The notes under the pieces are model-generated. The model searched no databases and was not told the origin of the DNA. It was given only the letters and a program-made list of their open reading frames with translations. Positions 1-13,563 of a stretch of DNA of 64,000 bases are shown piece after piece. Both the position numbers and the translations under genes were made by a program. How positions within the stretch are numbered: position 1 is the first letter of the stretch; each line of letters starts with the position of its first letter. Source of the DNA: Chiloscyllium plagiosum (taxonomy: Eukaryota); NCBI RefSeq assembly GCF_004010195.1, contig NC_057719.1, positions 75,656,064 to 75,720,063 on the forward strand. The letters run 5' to 3'.

Positions 1-360
1 TCCTTTTGTCCCATTGCCTGACAGTTGCCAGGGGGACAGAGGAAGCACTTCAGTGATCCCCTCAAGGCATTCCCGCCAAAACCTGGGAATCACTGGCCCA
101 AGACCGTTCAAGGTAGAGGAGGAGCATCCAGGAAGGTGTCGAGCGGCTTGAGACTTGCCTAAAGGGAAAAAAATGGAAGCCAGGCACAAGCAGCAAAAGG
201 AACGCACTGTCACACCAATGCCTCACCACTCCTTCCCACAACCAACTTCTGTCCTAAGTGTAACAGAGCCTGCAGTAGCTGTATCAATCTGAACAGCTGT
301 CTACAGACTCACCCTAAAGAGAGTCTTCCTCATCTGCGACAGACTGCCGATGATGATGAT
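1..360 (+). mobile_element. RTE-clade LINE, degenerate 3' end
   Basis: Decayed 'GGQRKHFSDPLK...WESLAQDRSR' and CPKC...TH C-terminal motifs, ending in a (GAT)n tail typical of RTE/BovB-like elements. Confidence 0.7.
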
Positions 361-1207
361 AGTATTATTTTAGAATCAGTTTCCTCTACCTTGTGGAGCA
401 TATGTATTTTTAGGAACTTTCACCTACATGTGCCATCGCCTTTGAATGCAGATCTTATTTGCTGCTTGCTAATAATTGCCCTTAGTCTCAGAAAGAAATT
501 GATAATATTCTTGTGAGGTGGTGTTAAAGACAAGAGTGCACTTTCATTATTGTTTTGACTTTCACACATCAACATCAAACGCCATGTGTTTGACATTCAT
601 AAGCTGTTGTAGGGGATGCCACTGGGACATCTTATATAGTTGCACATCTGAAAAAGCTGGCATTCATGTTCTTTTAATGTTGAGAAAAGGCTTTGCAGAA
701 GCGGTCCTTCAGGCAGAGCTGTCAGCAGCTGACAAGAAAGTTCTCGTGCGTGACTGGGACAGCATCAGAAGTTTATTGTATCTGCTTTCCATTAACAATA
801 AGAATTGCTAGATACTTCAGCAAGCTCTTGCTTTATGTAGTGATGCACAAAGATGCAACAAAAACGTTACCTCGAGGGAAAGTAGTTTTGCAGTAATAAC
901 TGAAGGGGATATTCAGGATTTGTTAAGTACAGAAGGCTCTGGTTTTGCCCAGTTTTCAAGTGTGTGTTTAGCTCCGTAAGCCCGTATCCAAAGTAGAAGT
1001 TTGAGTACTTCGAGCTTGTTACACCCATTTTGTTGAAACGCTGAGTTTGTTGAGCAGTTTTCCCTCATTAGTTAGATGTTTGCTCCTTCGGATCTAAACT
1101 ATTCAGTCGGAAAATTAGATTCCCTGGTCTGGTCTTTCGATTGGTTATGTAGCGTCTAAATCAGATCTCCATTTTTTGCCTGCATGTCAAGGTTGTTTGT
1201 GTCTTTA

Positions 1208-1390
1208 AAGCAAAATGCTGCACAATCAAAAGCAGAAAAGCTTGGAGAAAGTCATCATCTGTGCAGAGAGAAACTGAGTTAATGTTTCAAGTCTGATATC
1301 AATTTGCTTCAGAACTGAACGGACTCGAAATGTTAACTCTGTTCTTCTCTCTCCACAGATGCTACCAGAGTTTCTCCAGCAATTTATGCT
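1208..1390. mobile_element. Degenerate PLE-derived fold-back short element
   Basis: Imperfect inverted repeats (catctgtgcagagagaaactgagttaatgtttc / gaaatgttaactctgttcttctctctccacagatg); same superfamily as the 53877-54105 element. Confidence 0.6.
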
Positions 1391-1734
1391 CCTGCATCAA
1401 AAGTGCTCCACTGACTGTTGAGCACCCTGAGATCATCAATGGCCAAGTGAAAATGAACAAGAGTCTTTATTTAAACATTGGAGACATATTGTATGAGTTA
1501 CTCAGTGATTTATAAATGGCACAGAGTTCTGCTGGCCTTGGAAGGGGAGCTGGGCTGGTTTCATCATTGGCATCATGAGGATGTTGAAAGGAACAAAGGC
1601 CCATTTGCAGTTACTCCTTTCTATTGCTCAGAAATACACACCAAAGCAGTTTCCTTTATTGAAGTGCAACATTTACATCATTTGAAAAAGACCCCCAACA
1701 GAAGCTCATAGAAACTAACGTGGACCAATTCAGC

Positions 1735-2076
1735 GAGGCATTAGCCGAGTGGTATTATCACTGGACTATTAATCCAGACATCCAGATAACATGCTGGGGA
1801 CCAGGGTTCAAATCCCACCACAGCAGATGGTGAAATTTGAATCCAATAAAAATATCTGGAATGAAGAATATAGTGACAACCATGAATCGACTATCAGAAA
1901 ATCCCATCTGGTTCATTAATCTCTGTTAAGGAAGGAAACTGCCATTCTTACCTAGTCTAGCTTCCTTGTGACTCCAGACCCATGGCAATGTGTTGGATCT
2001 TAACTACCCTCTGGGCAATTAGGGATGGGCAATAAATGCTGGTCTAGCCAGTGATGCCCTCATCCCATGAATGAAT
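1735..2076 (+). mobile_element. tRNA-derived shark SINE with LINE-derived 3' tail
   Basis: A/B-box-like head (gggttcaaatccc); tail gggcaattagggatgggcaataaatgctgg...atcccatgaatgaat resembles the LINE 3' end at 59760; further copies at about 16180 and 16745. Confidence 0.8.
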
Positions 2077-3489
2077 ACTTTTTTGAAGCACTATTCAGTA
2101 AGAACTGCAACTTGCAATTATTTAAGACAGACAAACAACTACATAAGTTCAGGAGGTACTGCAAAAGGACCTACATTTGGATAACTTTCTGGCAGCCTCT
2201 GTACTAGTATCAGAGACACACACATACATTTGGTTTGGTGAGTGCCAAAGAAAGGTCTCACTGTAGCAGATGCTCCATCATTGCTGTGTGACATTTCTGA
2301 TGCATTTGTTTCTTCTCCTTTACAGTGGAATCATTTTTTAGTCAGTGTATTATAAAAAGAAATGGCGTGCGCTGCCAGACATAGCAACATTAATCACCAT
2401 ATCATTGTGCACTCGGCCGTATACAGACTTGAAAGAATCTCAGAGGAAACTCTACCGTGGTGACAGCTGCCCTTTAAGGAAGTGAGGAACTAATTGTGAG
2501 ACTGCATCAATGCAGTCTGATAGCTCTTTCAAGCAGCCGAGTCAGGGTAGTTCATATTATTACAGAAAGGTGACAGGGCAGTTGCTACCTGACTGGACAT
2601 TAATCATGTAAAGAGGGTGGACAGAGCATTTGGAAATGACACAATGACGCAGTTGTTCTGAGATTGGAACTAAAGCAATTTCGTTACAAAATTAAATAGA
2701 AATTGCTATCTTGGATGCTTGGCTCCCTTGGGAGTTACTTTGGGAAAACCAATGTTGTAGTAAATCAGGACAATTCATTAAGAAACAAACAAAGTAACTT
2801 GATCACTTGTCACACTTTGAGCTATGCGCACAGTCTGATGCATTTGACTTCCTTGTTCTTTAATACTGTCTGTTTTGCTGTTCCATCTCCTTGGCCTTCT
2901 CTGTTTATCATTTCTACAGTTTCCAGCTCTGGGGCTCCTTATTTTTGTATAGACTTTATAAAGTCTGGCATTTGGACCTTTTCTGACAGCCAGATCACCT
3001 TGTCTTCTTGGCTACTTCCGCCTCCGTGGACATAGAGCAGAGCCTTATTGAGGTCTGAGCAGGGTGGGGTACAGTGGGAGGTATACACAATTGAATGGGA
3101 AGTGTGGTCAGGTTTATCTCAACATTGAGACCATCTCACACCATCTTTCATAAGTGGTGGGTCAAGATTCTCACTTGTCTGAGATGAGTTGCCAATTTTT
3201 GGGGATCAATGCTTGTTCAGTGGCTCACCCACCTCATTAATTACCCACCTTCTGATCCTTATCAAACTTACCCATCAACTAGATATTGAGAAAACTTGAG
3301 AAGGAAACCAAAGCAGGGACCTGATGGATTCAGCTAACTGCTTGCTTCAAAGGTCCTCATGTTGGAAACCTGGCACTAATAATTCACGGCACATCCATGA
3401 GCATTGACCATGGGCACTGTCCCATGTCCGGACCATAGTCATCCAACATATGCCAGCTCTGCAGGATGCTTTTCCACTTAATTGCTGGA

Positions 3490-3668
3490 CCTTGGGGCAC
3501 AATCTAAGACAAAGCAACCCACTTGATTGGCACCAATCCATAATCATCCATCTCCTTCAATGCTGAGTACATGCTATCTACTAGATGCACACCAGAAATT
3601 CAACAAATTCACTTCCATCGAGAAGGACAAGGGCAGGGAGATACATGGAAATACCACCACCTGCAATT
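3490..3668 (+). mobile_element. Shark LINE 3' ORF2 fragment (CR1/L2 group)
   Basis: gacaaagcaacccacttgattggcacc...agaaggacaagggcag...accaccacctgcaa, homologous to the reverse complement of 59760-60060. Confidence 0.55.
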
Positions 3669-3714
3669 GTGAGAGCACATTTCAGAGAGAAGATGGTGGC
3701 ACTTATGTTGGCAA

Positions 3715-4200
3715 AGTGGCAAAGGTCATTGACCTTCTCCGTAGAGTGATGGGCATTCCTTAGGAGGCTGAGACTACACGAGTCAAAGTGGCAACCTTGG
3801 GCCAGGCTGGACTGGTCTAGTGTTGTGGTCTCCACTGTTGGACCTGGGGGAAGAGGAAGTTTTGCCTGTGCTGCACCCCATCCAATAGGACCTTCAGTTC
3901 CCTGCCTACCAAACCGGGACGCCAATTTCACCCGTCTGCCAATTCTGGGACAAATGGGTCCGGACTGGCAGTGCTTGCTCGAGTACTGCACAGGCTTTTA
4001 AATTCAGCGCAGGCATATGGGATACTGATGAGTTCCACCGAGTGGAGTTGTTCCAGAAATGGTAAGATTGGGTTTAGGATCAGACATGAGAGATGCAGTA
4101 GTGGCAGAGCAGGTAGATACCGAGGTGAGCTTCATCGGATACAGTGAGAAAACTCAGTAAACCCCGCGGTGAAAAACCCTCCAAAAAACTCAAACTTACC
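3715..4200 (-). mobile_element. PIF/Harbinger-derived remnant with Myb/SANT-like DNA-binding domain
   Basis: Frameshifted KLASRF...AWPKVAT...RNAH..KVNDL resembles the Harbinger Myb/SANT pattern (APRF...W..VA..V...R...QCRKK.NDL); parallels 21160-21850. Confidence 0.55.
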
Positions 4201-4289
4201 CATTAGGCACTGCATAGATGAACGTGATCCAGAGTCGTTTGTAGCTCAAGGAACCTTAGAGTACATTACTAAATGAGAGTTCTGCGATC

Positions 4290-5135
4290 TCTCTCCACTT
4301 AGATAGTATGCTATTTTCAATTCTGCAAGCCAAATTATGCCATCCTCTTAGATCATGAGCATTTATTTTACATATTAACCATTGACATTGGCCCTTTACA
4401 GATGCCTTCTGGAAATCTAAGTGTATCACATCCACTAGTTACCCCTTGTTAATGTTGCTTCTTACTTCCGCAAAAAACTTTAATAAATTAGTCAAACATA
4501 TTTTCCTTTCACAAAAGCATGTTGACTCTGCCTGATTCCAATAGCTTTTCTAAGTGCCCACCTACATCTTTCTTAGAATCACAGTCATTGAGTTCTATGT
4601 TCTATGTAGGTTAGTTTGATCTTAGAGTAGGATAACAGTCAGCACAACATCGAGGACTGAAGGGCTTGTACTGTGCTGCACTGTTCTATGTTCTCGATGT
4701 ACAGCACAGAAACAGACCCTTTGGTCCAACTCATCTATGTTGACCAGATACCCTACATTAATCTAGCCCCACTTGCCAGCACTCAGCGCATATCCCTGTA
4801 AACCCTTCCTATTCATGTACCCATCCAGATGCCTTTTAAATGTTGTTATTGTACCAGCCTCCACCATGTCCTCTGACAGCTCGTTCCACATATGCACCAC
4901 CCTCTGCTGAAAAAATTGTCCCTGAGGTCCCTTTTAAATTTTTTCCCCTCTCACCCAAAACCTATGCCCTCTAGTTCTGGACTCCCGCACCCCGGAGAAA
5001 AGACCTTGTCTATTTACCCTATCTGTGCCCCTCATGATTCCAGCATTTGTCTGATGACAGGTGCGAAGCTAATGGGCTTGAAGCTTCCTGTTTTTTGTCT
5101 CTCTCCTTTCTTGAGTCGATACATCCCTCTTGCAC
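4290..5135 (-). mobile_element. Old CR1 RT fragment interrupted by a younger HER1/CR1 3' end (about 4575-5040)
   Basis: RT-region homology on both sides of a HER1 3'-end insertion; a short plus-strand CR1 tail (about 4592-4693) is nested inside it. Confidence 0.7.
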
Positions 5136-5324
5136 ACTCAGATACCAAGAAGCAATATTTGGGAAGCAAAGATATTTGAAAGACTCTGTGCTGTGGCTTG
5201 CAAAACAGATGTTTGAAAGTGTTTGTTGGAAATATTCTTTCAATATGCCAAAAGGTGGATATAAGGGTATGGTGCAGAGTGTATTGAATAAAGTCAGGGA
5301 GTTGCATCATTTCAGTGGTAGCTG

Positions 5325-5680
5325 TGACACAGTTGCAACATTCTCACCCTGAGCACCAGTCCAAAACTTGGAGCTGAAAAGCCAAGGTGACATTACGATA
5401 GTGAGGGACTGCTGCACAGTCAGACGTATTGCCTTCAGTTGTTTTATCAAAACTAGAAGCTGCATCTGCACTCTCAAGGGGGCGCTTTACACGACTTTGA
5501 AGAAGACCATGTATATCCTGGTGTGCTTGCCGAGATTTTCTCTCAGTTAACATCACAAAAGCACTTTATCTGCTCATTGTCATATTGCTGTTTGTGAGAA
5601 CTTGCTGTGTGTAGATTGGCTGCCTGTTCCCTTAAAAATTTACTGCATTGGCTGTAAAAAGGACGATGCAATTGTATTTC
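5325..5680 (+). mobile_element. DeuSINE (SacSINE1/AmnSINE-like) remnant
   Basis: gagggactgctgcacagtcag...tatctgctcattgtcatattgctgtttgtgagaacttgctgtg resembles the Deu central domain and tail. Confidence 0.6.
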
Positions 5681-6389
5681 TTTTTGTTAGAAGAACTTGT
5701 CAAAAGTAAAATGAAGTCGGCCATTCATGTATACGAGGGTGTGATACTGACTGAGTGCATGATCCACATCATGTGATATTGGGTAGTGATGTGCCATTCT
5801 AACCTGAATGGACAGCACACATTAAGATGTTCTACACTCAATGCTGCCATCTGTGGCTACCACTCTAACCGGCAATCACCACTCCTACATTAGATAAATA
5901 TGAATGTGACCTAAGCTCCCAATTAAATGGAAGTTTATCTTTGTGCCAAAAGATGTAACTCAATTCTTTTTCATTGCCTGAGAATTGCTTTTAGGCACCA
6001 GCTAATGTTTCGTGGATGAGCTTAATAGCACAATTTCCTGTCAGGCTATGGTCAACGTGACCTTTCCCTTGATGACTACTGTCACAGGATGGAATGGGTT
6101 AAACAAACATTGAGAAGGTAATTAATGAGGGATCTATCCTGAGCTTGACAAGCAGCCTGTAAGTTCAATTGATGAGAAATATTATTGAGGACAGTATATT
6201 GGCAGGAAATGACAGCTTTCCTTAGGTTTTTTTTCACACGTCCATCGCTGAGGAATGGAATTCTCCCACACTCTGAAAATATTGCATCCTCCCTGAATGA
6301 AATAGATTGACATCTGTTTAAAAGTAACTAGAATAGAGATATTAAACTATGATCTATGCAGAACTACGATGGTAAGCCAGGGTCACATG

Positions 6390-6588
6390 CAGAATACCGT
6401 GGAAGCTGGAAATCTGAAGTAAAAATCAAAATCAAAGCAAAAAACGAAATGGAAAACCCATCAGTTGAGAGGAACCGAGTTAATGTTTCAGGTCTATGAC
6501 CCTTCATCATGTGTCCCGAAGAAAATTTATTGAGCTAAAATCTTCCCTGTGTTTCTCTCCACAGAGGCTGCCTGACTTGCTGAGTTTT
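6390..6588. mobile_element. Degenerate PLE-derived fold-back short element
   Basis: gctggaaatctgaa...gagttaatgtttcaggtctatgacccttcatca...tttctctccacagaggctgcctgacttgctgag. Confidence 0.55.
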
Positions 6589-6589
6589 T

Positions 6590-7597
6590 ACAGAGTCTTA
6601 GAGACATACAGAACAGAACCAGGCCCTTTGGACCAACTCATCCATGCTGACCAGGTTTCCCAAACTAAACTCGTCCCTCTTTCTGCATTTGGCACATATA
6701 CCTCTAAATATTTACTACACATGTACCTGTCCAAAAGTCTTTTAAATGTTGTAACTCCCAGCTCCCACTTCCTCTGGCAGTTCACTCCATATATGAACCA
6801 TCCTTTGTGTGAATAATTGCCTCTCAGGCCCCTTTAAAATACTTCTTCTCTCAGCTCAAAACTATACCCCCTAGTTTTAAATCTCCCTCACCCCAGGGAA
6901 AAGAGTTTTTGCAATTCACCTTATCTATGCCACTCATGATTTTATAAACCTCTATAAGGTCACCCCTCAACCTCCTATGCTCCAGTGAAAAAAGCCCCAG
7001 CCTATCCAGCCTATTTTTATAACTCAAACCCTTCATTCCTGGCAGCATCCTGGTAAATCTCTTCTGAAACCTCTTCAACTTTACAACATCCTTCTTAGAG
7101 CAGGGTGACCAGAACTGTACACAGTACCCCAAAATGACCTCACCAACACCCTGTACAACCTCAACATGACATGCCAACTCCCATACTCAGTGGTATGAAC
7201 AAAGAAGGCAAGTGTGCTAACCTGTGTCAACCTGTAATGCAATTTTGAAAAAGCTGTGTACCTGAACTCCTAGGTCCCTTTGTACTATAACACTACCCAG
7301 GGCCTTACCATTAACTGTGTAAGTCCTGCCTTTGTTTGTTTTACCAAAATGCAATACCTCGCGTTTATCCAAATTAAACTCCATCTGCCACTTCTCAGCC
7401 CTTTGGCCTAAGTGATCAAGATCCATTTGTAATCTTAGATATCCTTCTTCACTGTTGACTATACCATCAGTTTTGGTGTTACCTACAAACTTATTAATCG
7501 TATCCTATATTCTCATCCAGATCACTGATATTAGTGACAGTGGACCCAGCACCAATCTCTGAGGAACACCACTGGTCACAGGCCTCCAGTCTGAAAA
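6590..7597 (-). mobile_element. HER1/CR1 LINE, 5'-truncated
   Basis: ORFs with KWQMEFNLDK..VLHFG, YCVQFWSP, RFTRMLPG, RRLRGDLIEVYKIM; HER1-type 3' UTR. Confidence 0.92.
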
Positions 7598-8332
7598 AGA
7601 ATTGTTTTTCTTCTTCTTGTTCTCTGCTCAAATGGTGAAAAGTAAACAAGAGAATAGTGTGCATTTTGCATGGTTTGTGATCTGTGGGTGGGATGATCTT
7701 TGAGATGCAGTGGTGACCAACTCCCTGAAGTGATTTAGAAAATGAATAAGTGCTATCATAGGTGCAGGAGGCATGTGGATTCCTTTTTCATCAAATGAAT
7801 CATATAGTTTTCCATATTTTTGTTGTCATGTCATTCAAAATGAAACCCCTGTGTGTTATTCCCCATTTAACTTGGGGTGTGGGAGTGAGTTGGCTGTTTC
7901 GCGATGCAGAGTGTGCCAACAGTATAGCTTCCCTTCTCACACTGGTTGGGTTTACCATGCAGCTTCTGCCTTCTTAACCTTGCCCCTGGCCTGAGCTATG
8001 GTGACCTTCAGGTTAAACCACTGCCAGACCAATGGCCCTTTGGGACTGGGGTGATTTTGCTTAGATCTTTCCCTATTGCTCCATTATTGCAATTGGATTT
8101 TAAATTGTTCAGCAGGTTGACAGAGATATTGGAGAGCTAATTTGTGGCCATCTGGCGGGACAGAAGCCAGTCAGAGGAGCAGGGGTGGGAGAGGGGTGGG
8201 TTCTGCTTGTAGGGTTTGTAGGCTAGGACATTCTGAAGGAGAAGGGTAATGCAGCAAATAGACCATCAGTCACAACTAGAATTCTAGGGACCCTCTCAGG
8301 GTCAATCTTTATTTTGTATGGGAAGCTCAAAC

Positions 8333-8698
8333 AGAATCATGGAATCCCTACAGTGTGGAAAGAGGCCATTCGGTCCATTGAGTCTACACTGACCCTCCAA
8401 AGAGCATCCCATGACCCTTCATTTCCCATGGCTAACCAATCTGGCCTGCACATCCCTGGCCACTATGGGCCATGTAGCACGGCCAATCTCTAGCCATTAT
8501 GGGCTATGTAGCATGGCCAATCCATCTAACCTGCATATTTTTGGACTGTGGGAGGAAACCAGAGCACCCGGAGCAAACCCACACAGATAGCAGGAGAATA
8601 TGCAAACTCCACACACACAGTCACCCAAGGCTGAATTCGAACCCGGGTCCCTGGCACAGTGAGTCAGTGGTGCTAACCACTGAGCCACTGTGCTATCC
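8333..8698 (-). mobile_element. HE1 V-SINE with internal repeat of the ccatg...ggccaat segment
   Basis: tRNA head (gtggctcagtggttagcac...gggttcgaattc), V-domain, HER1-like tail. Confidence 0.9.
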
Positions 8699-8856
8699 GT
8701 CTTGGCCCTCAGATTCTGATGGTGCCTTCAACCAGGCAACAGGCCTTCTCTTTTGCCTTAGAACAGCCGTGTCGTGGTTACTGTAAAGCCATTCCAAACG
8801 TTTTCACCTCCACCACCCAAGGAATGGAGCAGGCAGCGAAACGTTGTAGGCTGTTG

Positions 8857-9185
8857 GTTAGATTAGATTCCCTACAGTTTGGAAACAGGCCCTTCAGCCC
8901 AACAAGTCCACACCGACCCTTCGAAAGGTAACCCACCCAGACCCATTTCCCTATATTTACCCCTGACTAATGCACCTAACACGATGGGCAATTTCCCATG
9001 GCAAATTCACCTGGCCTGCACATCATTTTGGACTGTAGGAGGAAACCGGAGCACCCGGAGGAAACCCACGCAGACACCGGAGAATGTGCAAACTCCACAC
9101 AGGCACTTGCTTGAGGCTAAAATTGAACCCGGATCCCAGGTGCTGTGGGGCAGCAGTGCTAACCACTGAGCCACTGTGCCACCCC
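8857..9185 (-). mobile_element. HE1 V-SINE, full length
   Basis: Complete tRNA head, V-domain and (aatct)n tail. Confidence 0.92.
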
Positions 9186-11967
9186 AGTTGAGTTGTTAAC
9201 AGACTTGCCGCTAACAAAATAGCAGGGTACACACACAGACACACACGTGCTGACATTGCATTGCTAACCCGACGTTATGGCAAATTTTTCATCACTGTGG
9301 GGAGGTGGGCTTGTAAATGTAAAAAGTAGACCATTGTCAAAAAGTGAATTATTACTTCAATCTGCACTCACCCCATCTGCACTGGCATCTAAATGCCCTG
9401 GTTTGTTTCTGGTGAAATGACAATACTTCACTGTGTTTATAACAGATGGTCCAGCTGGATATTATACTCACCTACTAAATGGGGAGTTTGTAAGTGATAA
9501 TGTGATCCCAGTAGACTGTTCTTTGAGCCTGTGCATTTGATGATGTCTATCGAAGCCATCATGTTCAGAATCCAAATCGTTAACTGGCAAAATAGTTAGC
9601 TTTGCTGCTTCCTGATCTGTGTTCCTGGGGAATGAATGCCAAGGCAACCTACTGTTATATAACATTTACTGTTAGCTGCAATCGATTCTGGTTGATATAA
9701 ATGCCTTGTGGAAAGGATTCACTTGGACAAGGATTTCTGCAGACGAATGTCCTAATTTCAGAGGAGCAGACACTTACAACCAAGACAGGTAAAAATGATT
9801 GTCCTCTGCTCGATGAGTATCAGTACTGAAAAGCCTCATATCTGGATCTCAGGACGACAAGTGATTAATCTGTGCACTTCATCTCGAGTGAGGGCATGGC
9901 GTGGGCAGAAAGAGACAAACAAAGCCCAGACAGAGAGGAATGGGGTGGACCAAGGCTGAGAGTGAATGGGCAGATGAGACAAGTAAAGGCTGAATCTATC
10001 AAGCTGTGTGACAATGTGTTCAGCAAGTCTTTGCAAATCGTCAAAGATATCAAAGGGGAAGCAGTTTCCTCTACTGTGTTATATCTTTTCAGTGCCATCC
10101 AAGGTTATGAAATATCTGCCTGAAAAAATTATGTGAGCCTTAATCAATGAAGCCAGCTTATTTCTGTGCAGTGCTTATCTGCGTTGATGCCTTTGAAGCT
10201 AAGAAAGGACATCCTGCCAATTTGTCAGTTCATCATTCACGTTTGCTCTCACTCCACCTACTTCATAATGATGAGATTGTATGCTGGCCCATGGAATAGC
10301 AACAAAGAATAAGCACAAGGACTGATTGGCCTTTGCTCACTACAAAAAAACCCAGCCAATTTGCAAACCTTTGCACGACTGCCCATTTAATCACCCATTC
10401 AATGATTCAATCTGAATGAAAACAACAGAAAATAATGAGCGAATGCCTATAATTTCCTTAAAAGTGATTAGATTTCAAATATGCACTGCTGTCCCTGGAT
10501 GCAATTTGTTATTGGATTAATTATATTTAATGTAGAAAGCATTCATTAGGAAAAATAACAGATAATTGAGGATTATTTTATGCTCCTACACAATGGGAGG
10601 GCAGAGAAGGTAAACACACAGACTTCATTGAACTATATCTCACCAGCTCATTGTCTTCATTCAGTAATTAACTTATTTATCGTTTAAGTATCTGGAACGT
10701 TTGTACTAAAAGGAATTTTCTTAAAACATATCAGTTTCTGAAGATAGAGGAGCTCTCCAAGGTGACTCACATCCCTCCCAGCTCTTTGTACCCATCTCCC
10801 CAAGAACTCCATTCATTCAGTTTGTCTTCTGGTCTCCTTCTGTCACAGTCGCCATCTTAGCCAAAGTCATTCTCTATGTCACAGATAAAATAAAACACTA
10901 ATTTGTTTCTTGACCATATCCCATTTTCCTTTGTTTCTTCGCTGTTGACTCCTGTAATGCTGTTTCACATCTGCTCAATTGCAGTCAATGCAAATTCATT
11001 GCTGGCTTCTTTCCACACCTGGAACAATTATTTCAGAGTTTTTTTTTATGAGGGTCTGTCCATAGCTTCCTGCTCTGTTTTTTAAAAAAAATTTGCTCAT
11101 TTTATATGGCTGGGCCAGCATTTATTGCCCACTCCTAGATGACGTTGAGAAGGCAGTAGTGAGCTGCCTTCTCCAACCATCTTGTTGTCTGTGTGCTACA
11201 CCTGAGCAATGCTACCCAAAGGATTTGCTTGAATGAGTTACTTTGCACAGTTACCTTCCCATTACATCCCTTGTAGCTGAGCTTCAAACTCTGTTATTAT
11301 TCATTACCTAGATCATGCTACTCCCACCTTTCTAACTTTGCTGCCTCCATCCTCTATCCCTCTTGAGCGAAGATTGGGGATGCCAGGAAATTGGGATCGG
11401 AATTGAATCCTGCTCTCCTCTTTAAGGCCAGCAAATTCATTCTGACCCTGCTAAGATCTGGCTGATTAATTCTATTTCTCTCTCCTTGGATGCTGCCAGA
11501 TCTGCTGAGTATTTCCAGCATTTTCTTTATTTTGGTTTTCTTGTTTTTTTCAGATTTTGTTCTGTCAAAGATTTCTATAGCATAGTTAATGGTGAAATAG
11601 TATAGTAGTGCAATATACACCATGATTATCTCACTAAAAAGTGCAGACAAATATATTATTTTATCTGTGTGATACCACTGTAGGCGATTAATCACTTCTG
11701 ATAATACTGATCATATTAGTTTTAATTGTTGACAATGTAATTAAACAACTGACAAACTAAAACCTCTCCAGAGACCTGGTAGCATAGTTATTGAACTTAT
11801 TAAAAATTGTGTATGTAGATAATTGTATATGGTAGCAGATGATCCTGTCTCAGTCATGTGGACCAATAGAGAGAAATGGAGCTTCAAGAAAGAAGAGGAA
11901 AATTAGAGAGGAACTCCACACAGCTATTCCGTGAAGTATTAAGGCTGGTTGCCATAGGGACTTTATC

Positions 11968-12160
11968 ACAGAATCCCTACAAGTTGAATGTAGGCCATTC
12001 AGCCCATCGAGTCCACACTGACCTTCTGAGCAACACCCACCCAGATCTATCTCCTTACTCTATGCCTGTAACCCTGCACTTCCCATGGCTGACCCACCTA
12101 GCCTGCATATCCCTGGACACTATGGGGCAATTTAGCATGGCCAATCCACCATCTTTGGAC
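11968..12160 (-). mobile_element. HE1 SINE 3' fragment
   Basis: agaatccctac...tttagcatggccaatccacc tail portion. Confidence 0.8.
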
Positions 12161-13181
12161 TTATCAGACATTATCAAGACAGGTGAATGAACCAAAGCTA
12201 CATAGGAAAAAGTAAAACATAGGAGCAAAATGCAAATTGTGGCCAGGAAAATAGATAGATCACATTCGTTGAAGAGTTTCTTCCTGCTGGGAGCATTGAA
12301 GCTGTCAATTCTTACATCTTTAAAGATTTTATTGTGTTTCCAAGACACACTGAATTTCAAATGTCTTGCTGATCCTTCTAAAGTTAATTACAGAGTGGTT
12401 CCTCCTTTTAGTTAATTGCATTTGAATCCACAAATTAATTCATGTGATTTTCAGCAGTCATTTAGTTTAAGGCTCCTTATGCCCATTTAAAGCAAGGTTA
12501 GATTTTCACAAAATCTACAGTATCATCACAGTCCCGTTTGTGATCATTACTGCCAAACGTCATTACGTTTGTGTGCAACACCATTGATAGACTGGCAGAC
12601 TTTACAGACAGAATTGTGAATTAAGAAAACACAGTCAGATATTTACAGCACAACCTTACTGAGGTACCTGACACTATATCTGATTGATAACTGCATTGTA
12701 GCCCTTTCATTTGTATAGGATTGGCGTTCCTTTCAGCAACATGCCCGCATTATTGAGAAATTTGGCCAACATAGTACATGTATTGCCTCTAAAATTCAGC
12801 ACCAAATCATTCTTACTTCCCAAGGTTTCTCTTCAATAATAATTCTCCTTTTTCTGAGCTTACTAACTACATCTGTTATGGTCTATTACTGCAATTCATG
12901 ACATATGAGTTGGCTAAGTGTATAAGATGATGCTGTTTTCAGTGCAAAAATATTCAATTTAGGACTACACTTGGTGAAATGGTCAACTCCCTTTTCTGCT
13001 AAACTTGTAGTAGGCCTTAATTTTTCACCTTCAGAGTATGTGTCCAATTTACTCTGTAAGGTGGCACATGGGGTCAGGCAGGCAGTATGGACCGTGTTGT
13101 CAAGCAGAGATGTGGGTCTTTAAGACATGCAAACATGGTGAACTACAAACAGAATTGGATCCTCTGGCAAAATAAATGAGG

Positions 13182-13563
13182 TACAAAGCTGATTTCCAAC
13201 TAAAGGTCATATAATTTGCTCGCTCATCACACAACTGAACCACAGCGAGAGAGTTAAAGGTTCGTGAATAGCTGGGGTGAAACTGAGAAGATTTTACCCG
13301 AAAAAGATGCTGAAGACCAAATGAGCCACCAGAACGTGGACCAGTCACTGCCCTGGTCCTAACAAGATTGCATCATAACTCATCTTTGAATCATCAGAAT
13401 AGTTATATCTTTATCAGAAATGAAATACGCATATGGAAGATTAGGCTGGCCAAACCAAAACTCTGGACCTAGCAAAGATTTCAGAGCAATACTTAGCAGT
13501 TGTTGCTGCTTTATTTGACAAGACAGTGTGGTGTTGTGACAGAAGATCAAGAATGCTCAAAAG
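13182..13563 (+). pseudogene. pogo/Tigger-family (POGK-like) transposase N-terminal fossil
   Basis: Manual translation YKADFQLKVI*FARSSHN*TTARELKVRE*L..., KKMLKTK*ATR..., DFRAILSSCCCFI*QDSVVL*QKIKNAQK resembles a Brinker-type DBD plus CENP-B HTH, with many stops. Confidence 0.7.

Noticed and set aside
8497..9256. Recurrent ORFs such as CGRKPEHPEETH / VWSLHILPVSAWVSSG, and tRNA gene calls
   Set aside because: These are translations of HE1 SINEs; the heads are tRNA-derived but are not full cloverleaf tRNAs.
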